DNA of 52,334 nucleotides from a virus (Duplodnaviria > Caudoviricetes), in the IMG/VR virus record IMGVR_UViG_3300049491_000673, positions 1 through 52,334 of that record; one strand, 5' to 3'. A program made the translations under genes and the position numbers. How positions within the stretch are numbered: the stretch's first letter is position 1; each line of letters starts with the position of its first letter. The notes under the pieces were generated by a model that was not told the DNA's origin, made no database searches, and saw only the letters and a list, made by a program, of their open reading frames with translations. Below, piece by piece: positions 1 to 8,716 of the stretch.

Positions 1-127
1 TCGTTTGCAGAGGTATGCAAACGATACTGGGCAGGACTGGAATGACGTGCGGACTCAGGCCAAGTACTTCCTACGCGAAGTCAATGGGCTTGAGGAGCCA
101 AAGGAGAAGAAGTATGGCGCTCAACTC
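1..127. repeat. 127-bp exact overlap with 52208-52334 (circular assembly overlap)
   Basis: Bases 1-127 equal 52208-52334. The repeat lies inside a continuous ORF and 127 is a common assembler k-mer, so the unit genome is 52,207 bp. Confidence 0.93.
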
Positions 128-844
128 ATGGCTGCACAGAACGTGGATCAGGCTGCGCGAGCTAGCATCAGTCTTGCGCGGCCGGGAGGTTGGACTCCGA
201 ATAACCCCACCGCCGGTAACGGATACAAGCACACCTACGACGCCACGAAGCAGTTCGCAAAGGGCAATTACAAGGTCCCAACGCCGACTCAAAAGCTGAG
301 TGACACGGGCGCGAAATTCGACCCGAATGCTGCTGGTAAAGGATTCGATCTGACCACGATTGTGCCAAAAGCATCTGGTCAAAGTCCTGGTGCAGGCATG
401 GATTCACCGGACTACATACAAGGGCTGATTGAAAACGCCATTACGCCACAAGCAAAAAGGACGGGCAAGATTGCTGAAGGCGAAGTTGATCAAAGCCTTA
501 AGCCACTTGAATCCTTGCTCGTCGCAGGCACAGAGGCGGATCAAGTTGGCACATCCGAAGGAGATGCACCGATTCAGCCTGAGGATCCGACCATCAATTC
601 GAACCCAGATCGGCCGGGTGATTCAGGTTCATTGAATGGGACGGTGAGCAGAGATTTGTTTGACAGCGGCTCTCCCGCCTTGCAAATTTTCGCTGGAGTC
701 CTTTCTGCTTTGAGTCAAGGGTCTGCGGATGCAAAGAAAAAGAAGTCTAGCAGCCCGGACACTTCGATGTTCGACGCGGCCATGAACAGTGGAACCGCGC
801 GTGCTCCTTCAATAGCCCAGATCATGGCATCTATTCGAGTCTGA
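1..844 (+). CDS. 3' part of phage tail-lysozyme (Phage_lysozyme2-like) virion protein; ~355 aa, starts at 51984 and crosses the junction
   Basis: In frame with ATG 51984 across the overlap. The joined protein reads ...KSESQFDP...SRGLLQWNRSRLARLQRYA...DVRTQAKYFLRE...ARPG, the ES/GLxQW/R/Q/RP pattern of this family, followed by a low-complexity tail. Confidence 0.75.
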   Translation, partial: RLQRYANDTGQDWNDVRTQAKYFLREVNGLEEPKEKKYGAQLMAAQNVDQAARASISLARPGGWTPNNPTAGNGYKHTYDATKQFAKGNYKVPTPTQKLSDTGAKFDPNAAGKGFDLTTIVPKASGQSPGAGMDSPDYIQGLIENAITPQAKRTGKIAEGEVDQSLKPLESLLVAGTEADQVGTSEGDAPIQPEDPTINSNPDRPGDSGSLNGTVSRDLFDSGSPALQIFAGVLSALSQGSADAKKKKSSSPDTSMFDAAMNSGTARAPSIAQIMASIRV

Positions 845-847
845 TCT

Positions 848-1441
848 ATGGCAGAGAAGGATGTGCTACTTAGGTTTAAGCGAGTCGGAGATTATACAGA
901 GGATCAACTCCTAAAGGACTTGCGTGATCTTAATGAAGAAGTTCAGCTTATCATTCGCAATGGTAATGGCGTTCCGATTCCCGGCCCTCCTGGCCCTGTT
1001 GGTCCTGCCGGTCCTGATGGGGAGCAGGGCCCTATTGGACTCCAGGGAGAGGATGGAGAACCCGGTCCTGCCGGAACAGATGGACTCTCCGCCTACGAGA
1101 CCGCTGTCCTATATGGATTCGAAGGGGGAGAGGTTGAGTGGCTCCTCTCGCTGCAAGCGGATAGCTCGTACGAGATTGCCGTCCGTCTCTATGGTTATAA
1201 CGGTACTTACGACCAATGGTACTATGAGTCTCGAAGTGTTCAAGACGATTGGGGATTCATCGCTGAAGATTATGGATTCCTATACGGCACTGTGCTGGAT
1301 TTCGAAGACTATGGTGGCCTCTTTGGACCAGTAGCGCCGTTGGAATTTGGAGTCAGTGGTGGGTACATCTTGAGTAGTGATCTGGCCTTCTTCCTTGTGC
1401 CGTCTGATTTCACGGCCTATGTAGCACACACAGGAACATAG
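848..1441 (+). CDS. Collagen-repeat tail/fibre-associated protein
   Basis: About 12 G-X-Y triplets, then GLSAYETAVLYGFEGGEVEWLLSL, a motif typical of phage collagen-like proteins; acidic DWG/DYG repeats follow. Confidence 0.75.
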   Translation: MAEKDVLLRFKRVGDYTEDQLLKDLRDLNEEVQLIIRNGNGVPIPGPPGPVGPAGPDGEQGPIGLQGEDGEPGPAGTDGLSAYETAVLYGFEGGEVEWLLSLQADSSYEIAVRLYGYNGTYDQWYYESRSVQDDWGFIAEDYGFLYGTVLDFEDYGGLFGPVAPLEFGVSGGYILSSDLAFFLVPSDFTAYVAHTGT

Positions 1442-1442
1442 T

Positions 1443-2534
1443 ATGGGCGACCCGGTCAATCCTAAGCCGATTCTAGCGTTCAACGAGAAGCTGATTCTGT
1501 CTGGCACAGAGCAGTATTTTGCGTATGATGCGGCTGGAGCGATCAAGGATATTCGATTCAGCGTTAATGCTGTTAGAGAGTATGTGCAGAGATACACGCC
1601 GTCGGGTGGGATAGCGGCCGCTACGATTCCGTTGGCAATTGCAGAATTGGATTTGGAAAAAGTCGCCAAGGCTGGCGATACGATGACCGCACCATTGCAC
1701 TTGATTGCGTCGGCCACAGCTCAACCTAATTGGTATAGCCCAGGCACTATGAGTCTGGCGCTTCAGGGCGAAGGTGGAGCGGTTATGTACGTTAGAAGAT
1801 ACGATTCTTCTAGTAGCTCTCCCTACGTTTACCTGACTAAATCTCGTGGAACCGTTGCGGCTCCTGCCGTGCTGGCGGCGAATGACCTATGTGGGATCAT
1901 TCGATGCGACGGAGAGACAGGAGCCGGCCAGAGTCCTGTGGTGCAGATGTTCATGGCGGTGGTTGCTGCTACTCCATCCGGCACAAATATGGAGTCACGT
2001 CTTAGAATTTTCGTGAATCCGGCTGCCTCGATTACTCAGACCGAGGTATTCCGTTTGGACCATGCAACTGGACTCAGCTTGTATGGGGCTAATGTTGTCG
2101 TCGATAACAATCGTATTTTCCGACTCCGTTCATATACCATCGCGACTCTGCCTGCTGCGGCTACTGCCGCCGGGCAAATGATCTACTGCTCTGACCTTGG
2201 TGGCGGTGGTGGACAGCTGAATTCCGATGGTACTACGTGGCGTCGAGTCAGTTCTGGTGGCCAAGCTGCTATTGCCACAGATGCGATTTTCACATTGACT
2301 CCGTTGACGAGTGCACCAGAGATCAAACACACTGGTACGCTCACGGCGAATCGTGCTGTGACTCTCTCCACGACCAATGCGTTTTCTGGTGCCAGATTTA
2401 GAATCACAAGAACTGGTGGCGGTGCGTTCACTCTGGATGTTGGAGGTGGACTCAAGTCACTCGCAACGAATACGTGGGCTGAGTTCATCTATGATGGTGC
2501 CGCGTGGTATCTGGCGGCTTATGGAGCACTGTGA
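1443..2534 (+). CDS. Tail fibre / receptor-binding protein
   Basis: 363 aa, rich in Ala/Thr/Gly; KVAKAGDTMT fibre motif; C-terminal beta-rich domain ending FIYDGAAW; lies in the tail cluster. Confidence 0.7.
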   Translation: MGDPVNPKPILAFNEKLILSGTEQYFAYDAAGAIKDIRFSVNAVREYVQRYTPSGGIAAATIPLAIAELDLEKVAKAGDTMTAPLHLIASATAQPNWYSPGTMSLALQGEGGAVMYVRRYDSSSSSPYVYLTKSRGTVAAPAVLAANDLCGIIRCDGETGAGQSPVVQMFMAVVAATPSGTNMESRLRIFVNPAASITQTEVFRLDHATGLSLYGANVVVDNNRIFRLRSYTIATLPAAATAAGQMIYCSDLGGGGGQLNSDGTTWRRVSSGGQAAIATDAIFTLTPLTSAPEIKHTGTLTANRAVTLSTTNAFSGARFRITRTGGGAFTLDVGGGLKSLATNTWAEFIYDGAAWYLAAYGAL

Positions 2535-2830
2535 TGAGAATCGAAATTCAGAATTTCTACTGGGTCATGAAAGCTTTTGATGATCCGTTGACGCCAGCTT
2601 GGCAGATTCAGGTTGGCAAGACGGCCGAGAACATGGAGGAAATCCAGGCTCAAGGTGGTCAGTTGACGGTGATTCAAACTTGCAATATGGCTCAAGCAGC
2701 CGAACTGGGTGTGACGCTGGATGTTATCTCGGCGGTGATCAATGAATCATCGCTGGCGGAGTGTGATATGCTGCGTCAACAGATGCATGTGCTGCAGAAT
2801 CCGCCTCTGGACACAGGGGAGTCAGCATAA
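2534..2830 (+). CDS. Small protein, possible fibre assembly chaperone
   Basis: TGATG overlap with the fibre gene; 98 aa with a C-terminal coiled segment. Function inferred from position only. Confidence 0.45.
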   Translation: MRIEIQNFYWVMKAFDDPLTPAWQIQVGKTAENMEEIQAQGGQLTVIQTCNMAQAAELGVTLDVISAVINESSLAECDMLRQQMHVLQNPPLDTGESA

Positions 2831-3181
2831 ATGGCCATCGGCCCCTATGCACAGATAAAGCAGCATCGTCGGGGCAGTACGGTGGATCATGCGCGATTCA
2901 CTGGCGCTCCCGGTGAATTTTCCATGGATACGACGAAGAAAACGGTCGTCGTGCATGACGGTTATACGCAGGGTGGAATTCCGCTTCCGAGTCCAGTAGC
3001 ACCCGGACTGTTCATCCAAGGTACACAGGTCACGTGGATTGTGGCCCTGACTCAAGCTGCGTACGATGCACTGACGGACAAGAACCCGACGTTCCTGTAC
3101 GTCATCATTCCATCGACTCTCATCGCCGAGACGGGTCTATTCGTCTTGAGCCCTATTGAAATGAATCCGCCCATCTATTAA
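2831..3181 (+). CDS. Fibre connector protein with Mtd_N-like domain
   Basis: RRGSTVDHARFTGAPGEFSMDTTKKTVVVHDGYTQGG matches the major-tropism-determinant N-terminal pattern; followed by the LTQAAYDAL..K...LYVI fibre motif. Confidence 0.7.
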   Translation: MAIGPYAQIKQHRRGSTVDHARFTGAPGEFSMDTTKKTVVVHDGYTQGGIPLPSPVAPGLFIQGTQVTWIVALTQAAYDALTDKNPTFLYVIIPSTLIAETGLFVLSPIEMNPPIY

Positions 3182-3193
3182 CAGGAGTCAACC

Positions 3194-3610
3194 GTGGCCG
3201 CCTTTCAAAAAGTCAATAGTTTTGTCGAAGCGATTGCGCTGAAGAAGCACAATCTCGGCACGGATCAGATCATGATCGCATTGTGCGCGACAGCGAATCC
3301 GCCTGTGGCTGCCAATGCTGTGCTGGCGGACCTCGTGCAGATCGCATACACGAATCTGTCGGCCAGGATTCTGACAACGATCAGTGCGACTCAGGTGGCT
3401 GGAGTGTTTTCCTACATCTGTGCTGACTTGACTCTGACAGCTGCCGGTGGATCGGTGGCAGCGTTTCAGTATGTCGTGCTGTACAACAACACGGCGACGA
3501 ACAAAGAGATTATTGGATTCTATGATATCGGGGCGCCGGTGACTCTACTGGATACTCAGACTTATCCGCTGGACTTCAACCAGACGACGGGCGTCTTTCA
3601 GATAGCGTAA
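3194..3610 (+). CDS. Virion structural protein of the fibre module
   Basis: GTG start with AGGAG; MAAFQKVNSFVEAIA..KHNLGTD..IAL resembles a recurrent small phage tail-module family. Confidence 0.6.
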   Translation: MAAFQKVNSFVEAIALKKHNLGTDQIMIALCATANPPVAANAVLADLVQIAYTNLSARILTTISATQVAGVFSYICADLTLTAAGGSVAAFQYVVLYNNTATNKEIIGFYDIGAPVTLLDTQTYPLDFNQTTGVFQIA

Positions 3611-3615
3611 GATTC

Positions 3616-4293
3616 ATGGCTATCGGATTCTTCTTCAACGGAATCCCTGCCAGCAAGTACTATCTTGGAAAGACTCAGGTCAACAAGATAGTGTATGGCG
3701 CGGCAGAGATTTATGATCGATTCGCAGCGAACCGTATGAACACAGGGTTCTTCACGCTGACGATGAAAGACGTGGTGGCGATCGGACCCGTGCGTCCTTC
3801 AGCGATTCTAAATACCGGGTTCTTCACGCTCACAGGGTTCCCGGTCACATTGACTCCTCCGCCAGTGGGTCATCGCTACTGGAGGGTGAATGTTTCTGCG
3901 GCTGCGGCTGCGGGCGGTACTGGAACGGTGAACGTCGGCGAATGCGAAATGGCGATCGCAGCAGCTGGTGCGAATCAGTCTACCGTCGGGGCTAATGCAG
4001 CAGCCAGCAGTGCTGTAGGTGGGCGAGGCGCGAATCTAGCATTTGATGCTTCGCTTGCTTCGACGAGCTTCTGGGCTGCTAGTGCGGCGTTGCCACAGTG
4101 GTTGTCGTATGACTTCGGAGTTGGGAATGCAAAGACGTTGTACGAGGTACGAATCGCGGTTCACACGCTTGCTCGTTATCCAAGCACGTTCACGATTGAA
4201 TTTTCGGATGACAACGCAGCTTGGACTGTGAAGAACACGTATACCGGAATCACTACGTGGGTCGTCGATACTTACAAGACCTTCGTGCTCTGA
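3616..4293 (+). CDS. Adhesin with C-terminal discoidin/F5-8C-like carbohydrate-binding domain
   Basis: HRYWRV..., A-ASS, LAFD...W, PQWLSYDFG, P.TFTIEFSDD...WT pattern; N-terminal YLG..VNKI.YG connector motif. Confidence 0.7.
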   Translation: MAIGFFFNGIPASKYYLGKTQVNKIVYGAAEIYDRFAANRMNTGFFTLTMKDVVAIGPVRPSAILNTGFFTLTGFPVTLTPPPVGHRYWRVNVSAAAAAGGTGTVNVGECEMAIAAAGANQSTVGANAAASSAVGGRGANLAFDASLASTSFWAASAALPQWLSYDFGVGNAKTLYEVRIAVHTLARYPSTFTIEFSDDNAAWTVKNTYTGITTWVVDTYKTFVL

Positions 4294-4305
4294 GAGATTG
4301 GAATC

Positions 4306-6318
4306 ATGCCTAAAGACCGTTTCCCCATCCCAGACATCGCGAGCTATACGCCGAACATCGATCCTCGTGGAGTGCCGACTCAGAACTTCGTCCTTCAGGG
4401 CGAGAATTTCCTGTTTGATCCAATGGGACCCAAAAGTGGATTCGGATCTCGAATTATTGCTAATGGTGAAAGTATCGAGGTCGAAGGTGGAGTCGTCCAG
4501 AGCATCCAGATTGCTAAGTTCAGCTTCGTGTTTACTACACTTGGAGTCTATATGGTGGATGTGGAGGATTTGGATGCCCCCTGGAGTCAAGTTCTGAGTT
4601 TGACTCCGTTCGCCAACACTCCGATTCCGGAGGACAAGAAGTGGACGGCGGCTTATTTGGCCAAAGGAATCTACTTCGTGCATCCAGTCTACGGGATGTA
4701 TGTGCTGGCTACGAACGTCAACGTTCCGGTGATGACTCCGAAAGACCAAGATGATATACCAGGATTGCCCTATAAGCCACAAGCCATTTGTGAAACGAAT
4801 GGACGGATGGTCGTACTCGGAATCAAGTACATTGGATGGTCAAACAGTGGAGAGCCGCAGAATTTCATTCCGGAGATTGGTGGAGCTGGGCAACAGCTTC
4901 TATCTGATCGAGTCAGTGGCAATCCGCTTACAATGTCGGGTTTCCAGACCGGATTCATAGTTTGGACCGACTCTGGATGCATGATAGCGGAGTTCATCGG
5001 CGGTGACACGGTATTCCGATTCGATCGGTCAACCACGAAGCAGTTGCCGATCAATGCGTTCACAGTCGAGGACCTTCCGAATGGGAGTCAAATCCTGTTG
5101 ACGAAGCAAGGACTGTTCATCACGGAGTCAGGAAAAGAACCGACGCCCGTAGCGCCGCTGTTTTCGGATTTCTTGATGACTCTGTTGAAGGAACGTCCAC
5201 AGCTACGAGCCCGATTAACTTATCAGATAGAATCCGATCTCCTATACGCACAGCTTCGAGACTGGACAGACCATTATGTATACACCTATGTCCTTGCGGT
5301 GTCGCTGGATAAATGGGGTATATTCAGTGAGCGGCATCTTGGAATCATCCGCTACTCTCCAGTTCGAGGTGCCTTTGGATATTGTGATTCGAAAGGCATT
5401 GTACGCCGATTTGTTGAAACGTTCACGAAGGAAGAAACGCCAGGAGTCTTCGTTGGGCTTGACTCATTTCTCGAAATAGGCTACATCCGGCCTCCGAACA
5501 TGCTGCCGTCGGTAGATGTGTTGCTGGAAATGCAGGAGTTGCTGCTCGGCGGAGTCCCTGCAAGGCCAAGTTGGTCGATTCCGGACTACGTGGACCTTGG
5601 GCCGTTTGGTGCTTTGCCTCCCCCGTCCGGGTATTTCTGTTTGGATTTTATGTCGGGTGAATGGAGGTTCAACGGAGTCGTCTATGACTCGCCGACGGAG
5701 TTGCTAGCAAACTACAACGGTGGATTCCTAGGAGGAAATGGCTATGAAGTCACAGATGCGGCCACTCCTGGAATCTACTCTGACCCACTCAATTCCCCTC
5801 CTATCGCCGTGTTCGTTGCAGCAAATGTCAACGACCCAGGCGTTACATTTCTTATTCAATACCGACGATTCGAAGATCCAGAACTTAATGACACAGGCTG
5901 GGTTCTTTACCTCCGGCACAAGTTTGACCCGCTTGATCCTGACGCTCGTCGAATCAATCTCCAGTTTGACCAGAACACTGGACTTGTCACACTCACTGAT
6001 CTCGGAGGAAACATTGCTCTGTCTCGTCCGCTGCCGAACGCAGGTGTTGCGAGAGTTGGAATCACACTTGCGCGAAATGATGGCCCAGCAGAACATGTCT
6101 ACTCGTTGAGTGTCAACGGCAGCACGGTGTCTGCGACTCGTGCTAGCACAGCATCCGTGAGTGAGATGGTGAATGGAGTCGAAGTAGATTTCGGATGGAA
6201 GCATGATGTTAATGCTCCGTTCGATAGATACTTTCAAGAACCGTTCTTCTTTCAGCAAATCTGCATCATGGAGTCACTTCAGGATGCTGACTTGACTCTG
6301 TGGACTGGAGACATCTGA
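4306..6318 (+). CDS. Tail nozzle / DNA-stabilisation protein (P22 gp10 or T7 gp12 analogue) with an extra C-terminal beta-sandwich domain
   Basis: 670 aa with beta-propeller-like repeats (ICETNGRMVVLG..IGWSNSGEPQNF); located just before the ejection proteins. Confidence 0.6.
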   Translation: MPKDRFPIPDIASYTPNIDPRGVPTQNFVLQGENFLFDPMGPKSGFGSRIIANGESIEVEGGVVQSIQIAKFSFVFTTLGVYMVDVEDLDAPWSQVLSLTPFANTPIPEDKKWTAAYLAKGIYFVHPVYGMYVLATNVNVPVMTPKDQDDIPGLPYKPQAICETNGRMVVLGIKYIGWSNSGEPQNFIPEIGGAGQQLLSDRVSGNPLTMSGFQTGFIVWTDSGCMIAEFIGGDTVFRFDRSTTKQLPINAFTVEDLPNGSQILLTKQGLFITESGKEPTPVAPLFSDFLMTLLKERPQLRARLTYQIESDLLYAQLRDWTDHYVYTYVLAVSLDKWGIFSERHLGIIRYSPVRGAFGYCDSKGIVRRFVETFTKEETPGVFVGLDSFLEIGYIRPPNMLPSVDVLLEMQELLLGGVPARPSWSIPDYVDLGPFGALPPPSGYFCLDFMSGEWRFNGVVYDSPTELLANYNGGFLGGNGYEVTDAATPGIYSDPLNSPPIAVFVAANVNDPGVTFLIQYRRFEDPELNDTGWVLYLRHKFDPLDPDARRINLQFDQNTGLVTLTDLGGNIALSRPLPNAGVARVGITLARNDGPAEHVYSLSVNGSTVSATRASTASVSEMVNGVEVDFGWKHDVNAPFDRYFQEPFFFQQICIMESLQDADLTLWTGDI

Positions 6319-6710
6319 TGGCTGACGAGTTCAACGATCTCAGAGACGGTGATACTCTTGATCTCCAGGGAACTGGATTCGACACGGTGGACTGGGTGCA
6401 GGACTGGGACGATACCTATGGTCTCCTGAACTACATCACGTATGAAATTACCATTGCGTGCGATCTAGACGGTCTCTATGATGAACTCATCACGATTCCG
6501 CTCATGGCAAACGAACAGGCTGGTTCGATTCTCTGGGTTCTCATGTCGAGTGGATTCTTTCAGCGCATTCGACTTCGTGCAACGGACTATCAGTATCTTC
6601 AGGTTGCTGGTGATCCAGAGCAAGTAGGTACGATTCATGAGCCGCATGGGCAACAGATTCATGTGCGGCTTGCCGAAGCAACCATGTATTACCAAGGACA
6701 GCTTTCATGA
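6318..6710 (+). CDS. Probable separated C-terminal part of the nozzle protein
   Basis: TGATG-coupled to the previous gene; acidic N-terminus, then ...FFQRIRLRA...HVRLAEATMYYQGQL, resembling nozzle C-termini. Confidence 0.5.
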   Translation: MADEFNDLRDGDTLDLQGTGFDTVDWVQDWDDTYGLLNYITYEITIACDLDGLYDELITIPLMANEQAGSILWVLMSSGFFQRIRLRATDYQYLQVAGDPEQVGTIHEPHGQQIHVRLAEATMYYQGQLS

Positions 6711-8005
6711 AAAAGGTTGCTTTCCCGCGCGGCACGACGGCAGAGAACGATCTCTATGTTGGAATCGACGGTCAAGTAACGGTCGATACAGATCGTTATG
6801 AGTTCCGACTCCATGATGGGATTACGCCCGGCGGCTGGAGAGTTCTCAACATTACGCAGTTGATTCAACTGTTCATGAGCAGGGACTCAGAGTTCGGCCA
6901 GGTGGCATTCGACGATGCCGACCGTGGCGTGCTGACGCGAGTCGGGGATAAGCAGTATGCACTTCGACTGATCAAGGCACTGGCTGCTGGCGGCATTCTG
7001 GTGTCCAAGGCTGATGGAGTCACTGTCAACCAGAACGGAGAGACTGATGACTTCTACCTATCAATTGATCCAGCTTATCTTTCTAGTCTACTTAGCCGAG
7101 CAGGTCGACTCGTTTATGCAGGTCTCACCACAGGCACTGCGGCTGCAATGGTCGCTACTGTACCGACTGGCTTTCCGGCAGTGGATGGGGCGATTCTAAC
7201 GTTCAAATGTCATGTGGCTCCGGCAGCGGCAGCTACGTTGACGTTGAGCATTGTGACGCCGGCTTCGACTCAAGGTCCATATCCGATTGTGACCCCAGTC
7301 GGCTCGAACAAGATCAACGAGATTTTGCCGATCAACACGATCGTCGAGGTCATGCGAGTCAACAATACGTGGGTCATCGTCAACTGGACGGTGGCGAAGG
7401 AATACGGGATTGCGCCTATTGCCGGACTCACAGCACTGAACATACAAGATGCACTCGCGGAGTTGAAGGCTGGGCAAGTCACGGGCGGCAGCGATCTCCA
7501 ACCATATCGCTATGACACTGACACGACTGGCAACAACAGCATAAATGTGCCAATGGCGGACAACGACCGTCGACTCGTCATGATGACTTTCCAGTCTGCT
7601 GGTTCCCCACAGAGCAGCAGACTGATGGTCAACGGAGTCGAGATGATAGCCTCGGTGACTCACCAGGGCCCATCAAGCACTACGTCTGGCGGCGGGAGTG
7701 ATGGTCGGGATCAAAATACGACGACGAGCACTACGTTGTATTACAACCATCTCGTCTACCATGGAATCATGCTCAGAAAGGGCACGAAACTTTATATCGG
7801 TGATATCTACAAACTTCGTGGTAGGTCTGGTGCACCCAGGGCATACAACTCCCCCGATCTGGAACAAGGAATCCCAGCAAGCAACACTGGCTGGTACTCC
7901 ATGTACAACTTAATCGACTGTGGAACTGTCGTCGCGAATCAGGTGACTATCAGCGGCGGCTCTACCATGTCATACAGCAAACTCGGAGTCCTGTTCCCAG
8001 GATAA
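6707..8005 (+). CDS. Tail fibre/spike protein with N-terminal Mtd_N-like domain
   Basis: FPRGTTAENDLYVGIDGQVTVDTD...RLHDGITPGG; internal NIQDALAEL fibre motif; ATGA overlap with the upstream gene. Confidence 0.7.
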   Translation: MKKVAFPRGTTAENDLYVGIDGQVTVDTDRYEFRLHDGITPGGWRVLNITQLIQLFMSRDSEFGQVAFDDADRGVLTRVGDKQYALRLIKALAAGGILVSKADGVTVNQNGETDDFYLSIDPAYLSSLLSRAGRLVYAGLTTGTAAAMVATVPTGFPAVDGAILTFKCHVAPAAAATLTLSIVTPASTQGPYPIVTPVGSNKINEILPINTIVEVMRVNNTWVIVNWTVAKEYGIAPIAGLTALNIQDALAELKAGQVTGGSDLQPYRYDTDTTGNNSINVPMADNDRRLVMMTFQSAGSPQSSRLMVNGVEMIASVTHQGPSSTTSGGGSDGRDQNTTTSTTLYYNHLVYHGIMLRKGTKLYIGDIYKLRGRSGAPRAYNSPDLEQGIPASNTGWYSMYNLIDCGTVVANQVTISGGSTMSYSKLGVLFPG

Positions 8006-8017
8006 TAGGAGACTCAC

Positions 8018-8716
8018 ATGGATTTTCTTAGCGGCATCGGCAGTATCCTGGGTGGCCTATTCGGTGGCATGGGCGGTAAGGACTCGACGCAGGAGTTCGA
8101 GAAGCACTCGACGGTTAACAGCAGTGCTTCAGCAACGGATCTGAGTCCGGAACTACTGAAGTCTCTGGAGACTCTCTTTCAGTCCACCGTCAAGGGCGGA
8201 GGGTTCAAGAAGTCCGGAGATGCCATCACTGGTCGACTCAACCAGCTCATCTCACAGGCGAAACGGCCGGAGTTCGACGTGGCTGGGTTTGCCAAAGGGA
8301 TCACGGATCAGGCAACCAGCGCGGCTGGCCTGCAACTGGAATCCGACATCAACGGCCTTCTGTCCCAATCCGGCACTACGGAGTCAGGAAACAGCATGAG
8401 TCAGCTGATTGCAAACAAGCTGCGCAATCAGACGGCGGCGAATCTCTCTGGCATCAGTGCACAGGCTACTGGGGTCGGCGAAGGACTTCGTCAGTCCCAG
8501 CAGGGTCAGCTGACCGAGGGAATCGGAACGCTGAGCACCAGTCTGTCGGATCAGATCTTGAAGCTGATTCAGAGCACTCGTGGTGCCAGCACTTCCGGCA
8601 CTAGCACTAGCAAAGAGGACACCAAGGGCAAAGGCACTGCATCGGAGTCAGGAGATCCGTTCTCCGCTCTCGGTGGATTGTTCTCCTCCATGGGCAAAGC
8701 AAGGACGGATGCATAA
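8018..8716 (+). CDS. Internal virion / DNA ejection (pilot-type) protein
   Basis: Amphipathic Gly-rich N-terminus MDFLSGIGSILGGLFGG; Ser/Thr/Gly-rich; first of a small-medium-large trio. Confidence 0.6.
   Translation: MDFLSGIGSILGGLFGGMGGKDSTQEFEKHSTVNSSASATDLSPELLKSLETLFQSTVKGGGFKKSGDAITGRLNQLISQAKRPEFDVAGFAKGITDQATSAAGLQLESDINGLLSQSGTTESGNSMSQLIANKLRNQTAANLSGISAQATGVGEGLRQSQQGQLTEGIGTLSTSLSDQILKLIQSTRGASTSGTSTSKEDTKGKGTASESGDPFSALGGLFSSMGKARTDA

Noticed and set aside
4261-5100. GATC (Dam) enrichment as the main signal
   Set aside because: About 6 GATC vs 16 GANTC in this sample; only mildly above chance.
2831-8005. Diversity-generating retroelement suggested by the Mtd_N-like domains
   Set aside because: No reverse transcriptase and no TR/VR pair differing at adenines; Mtd_N is only an attachment domain.
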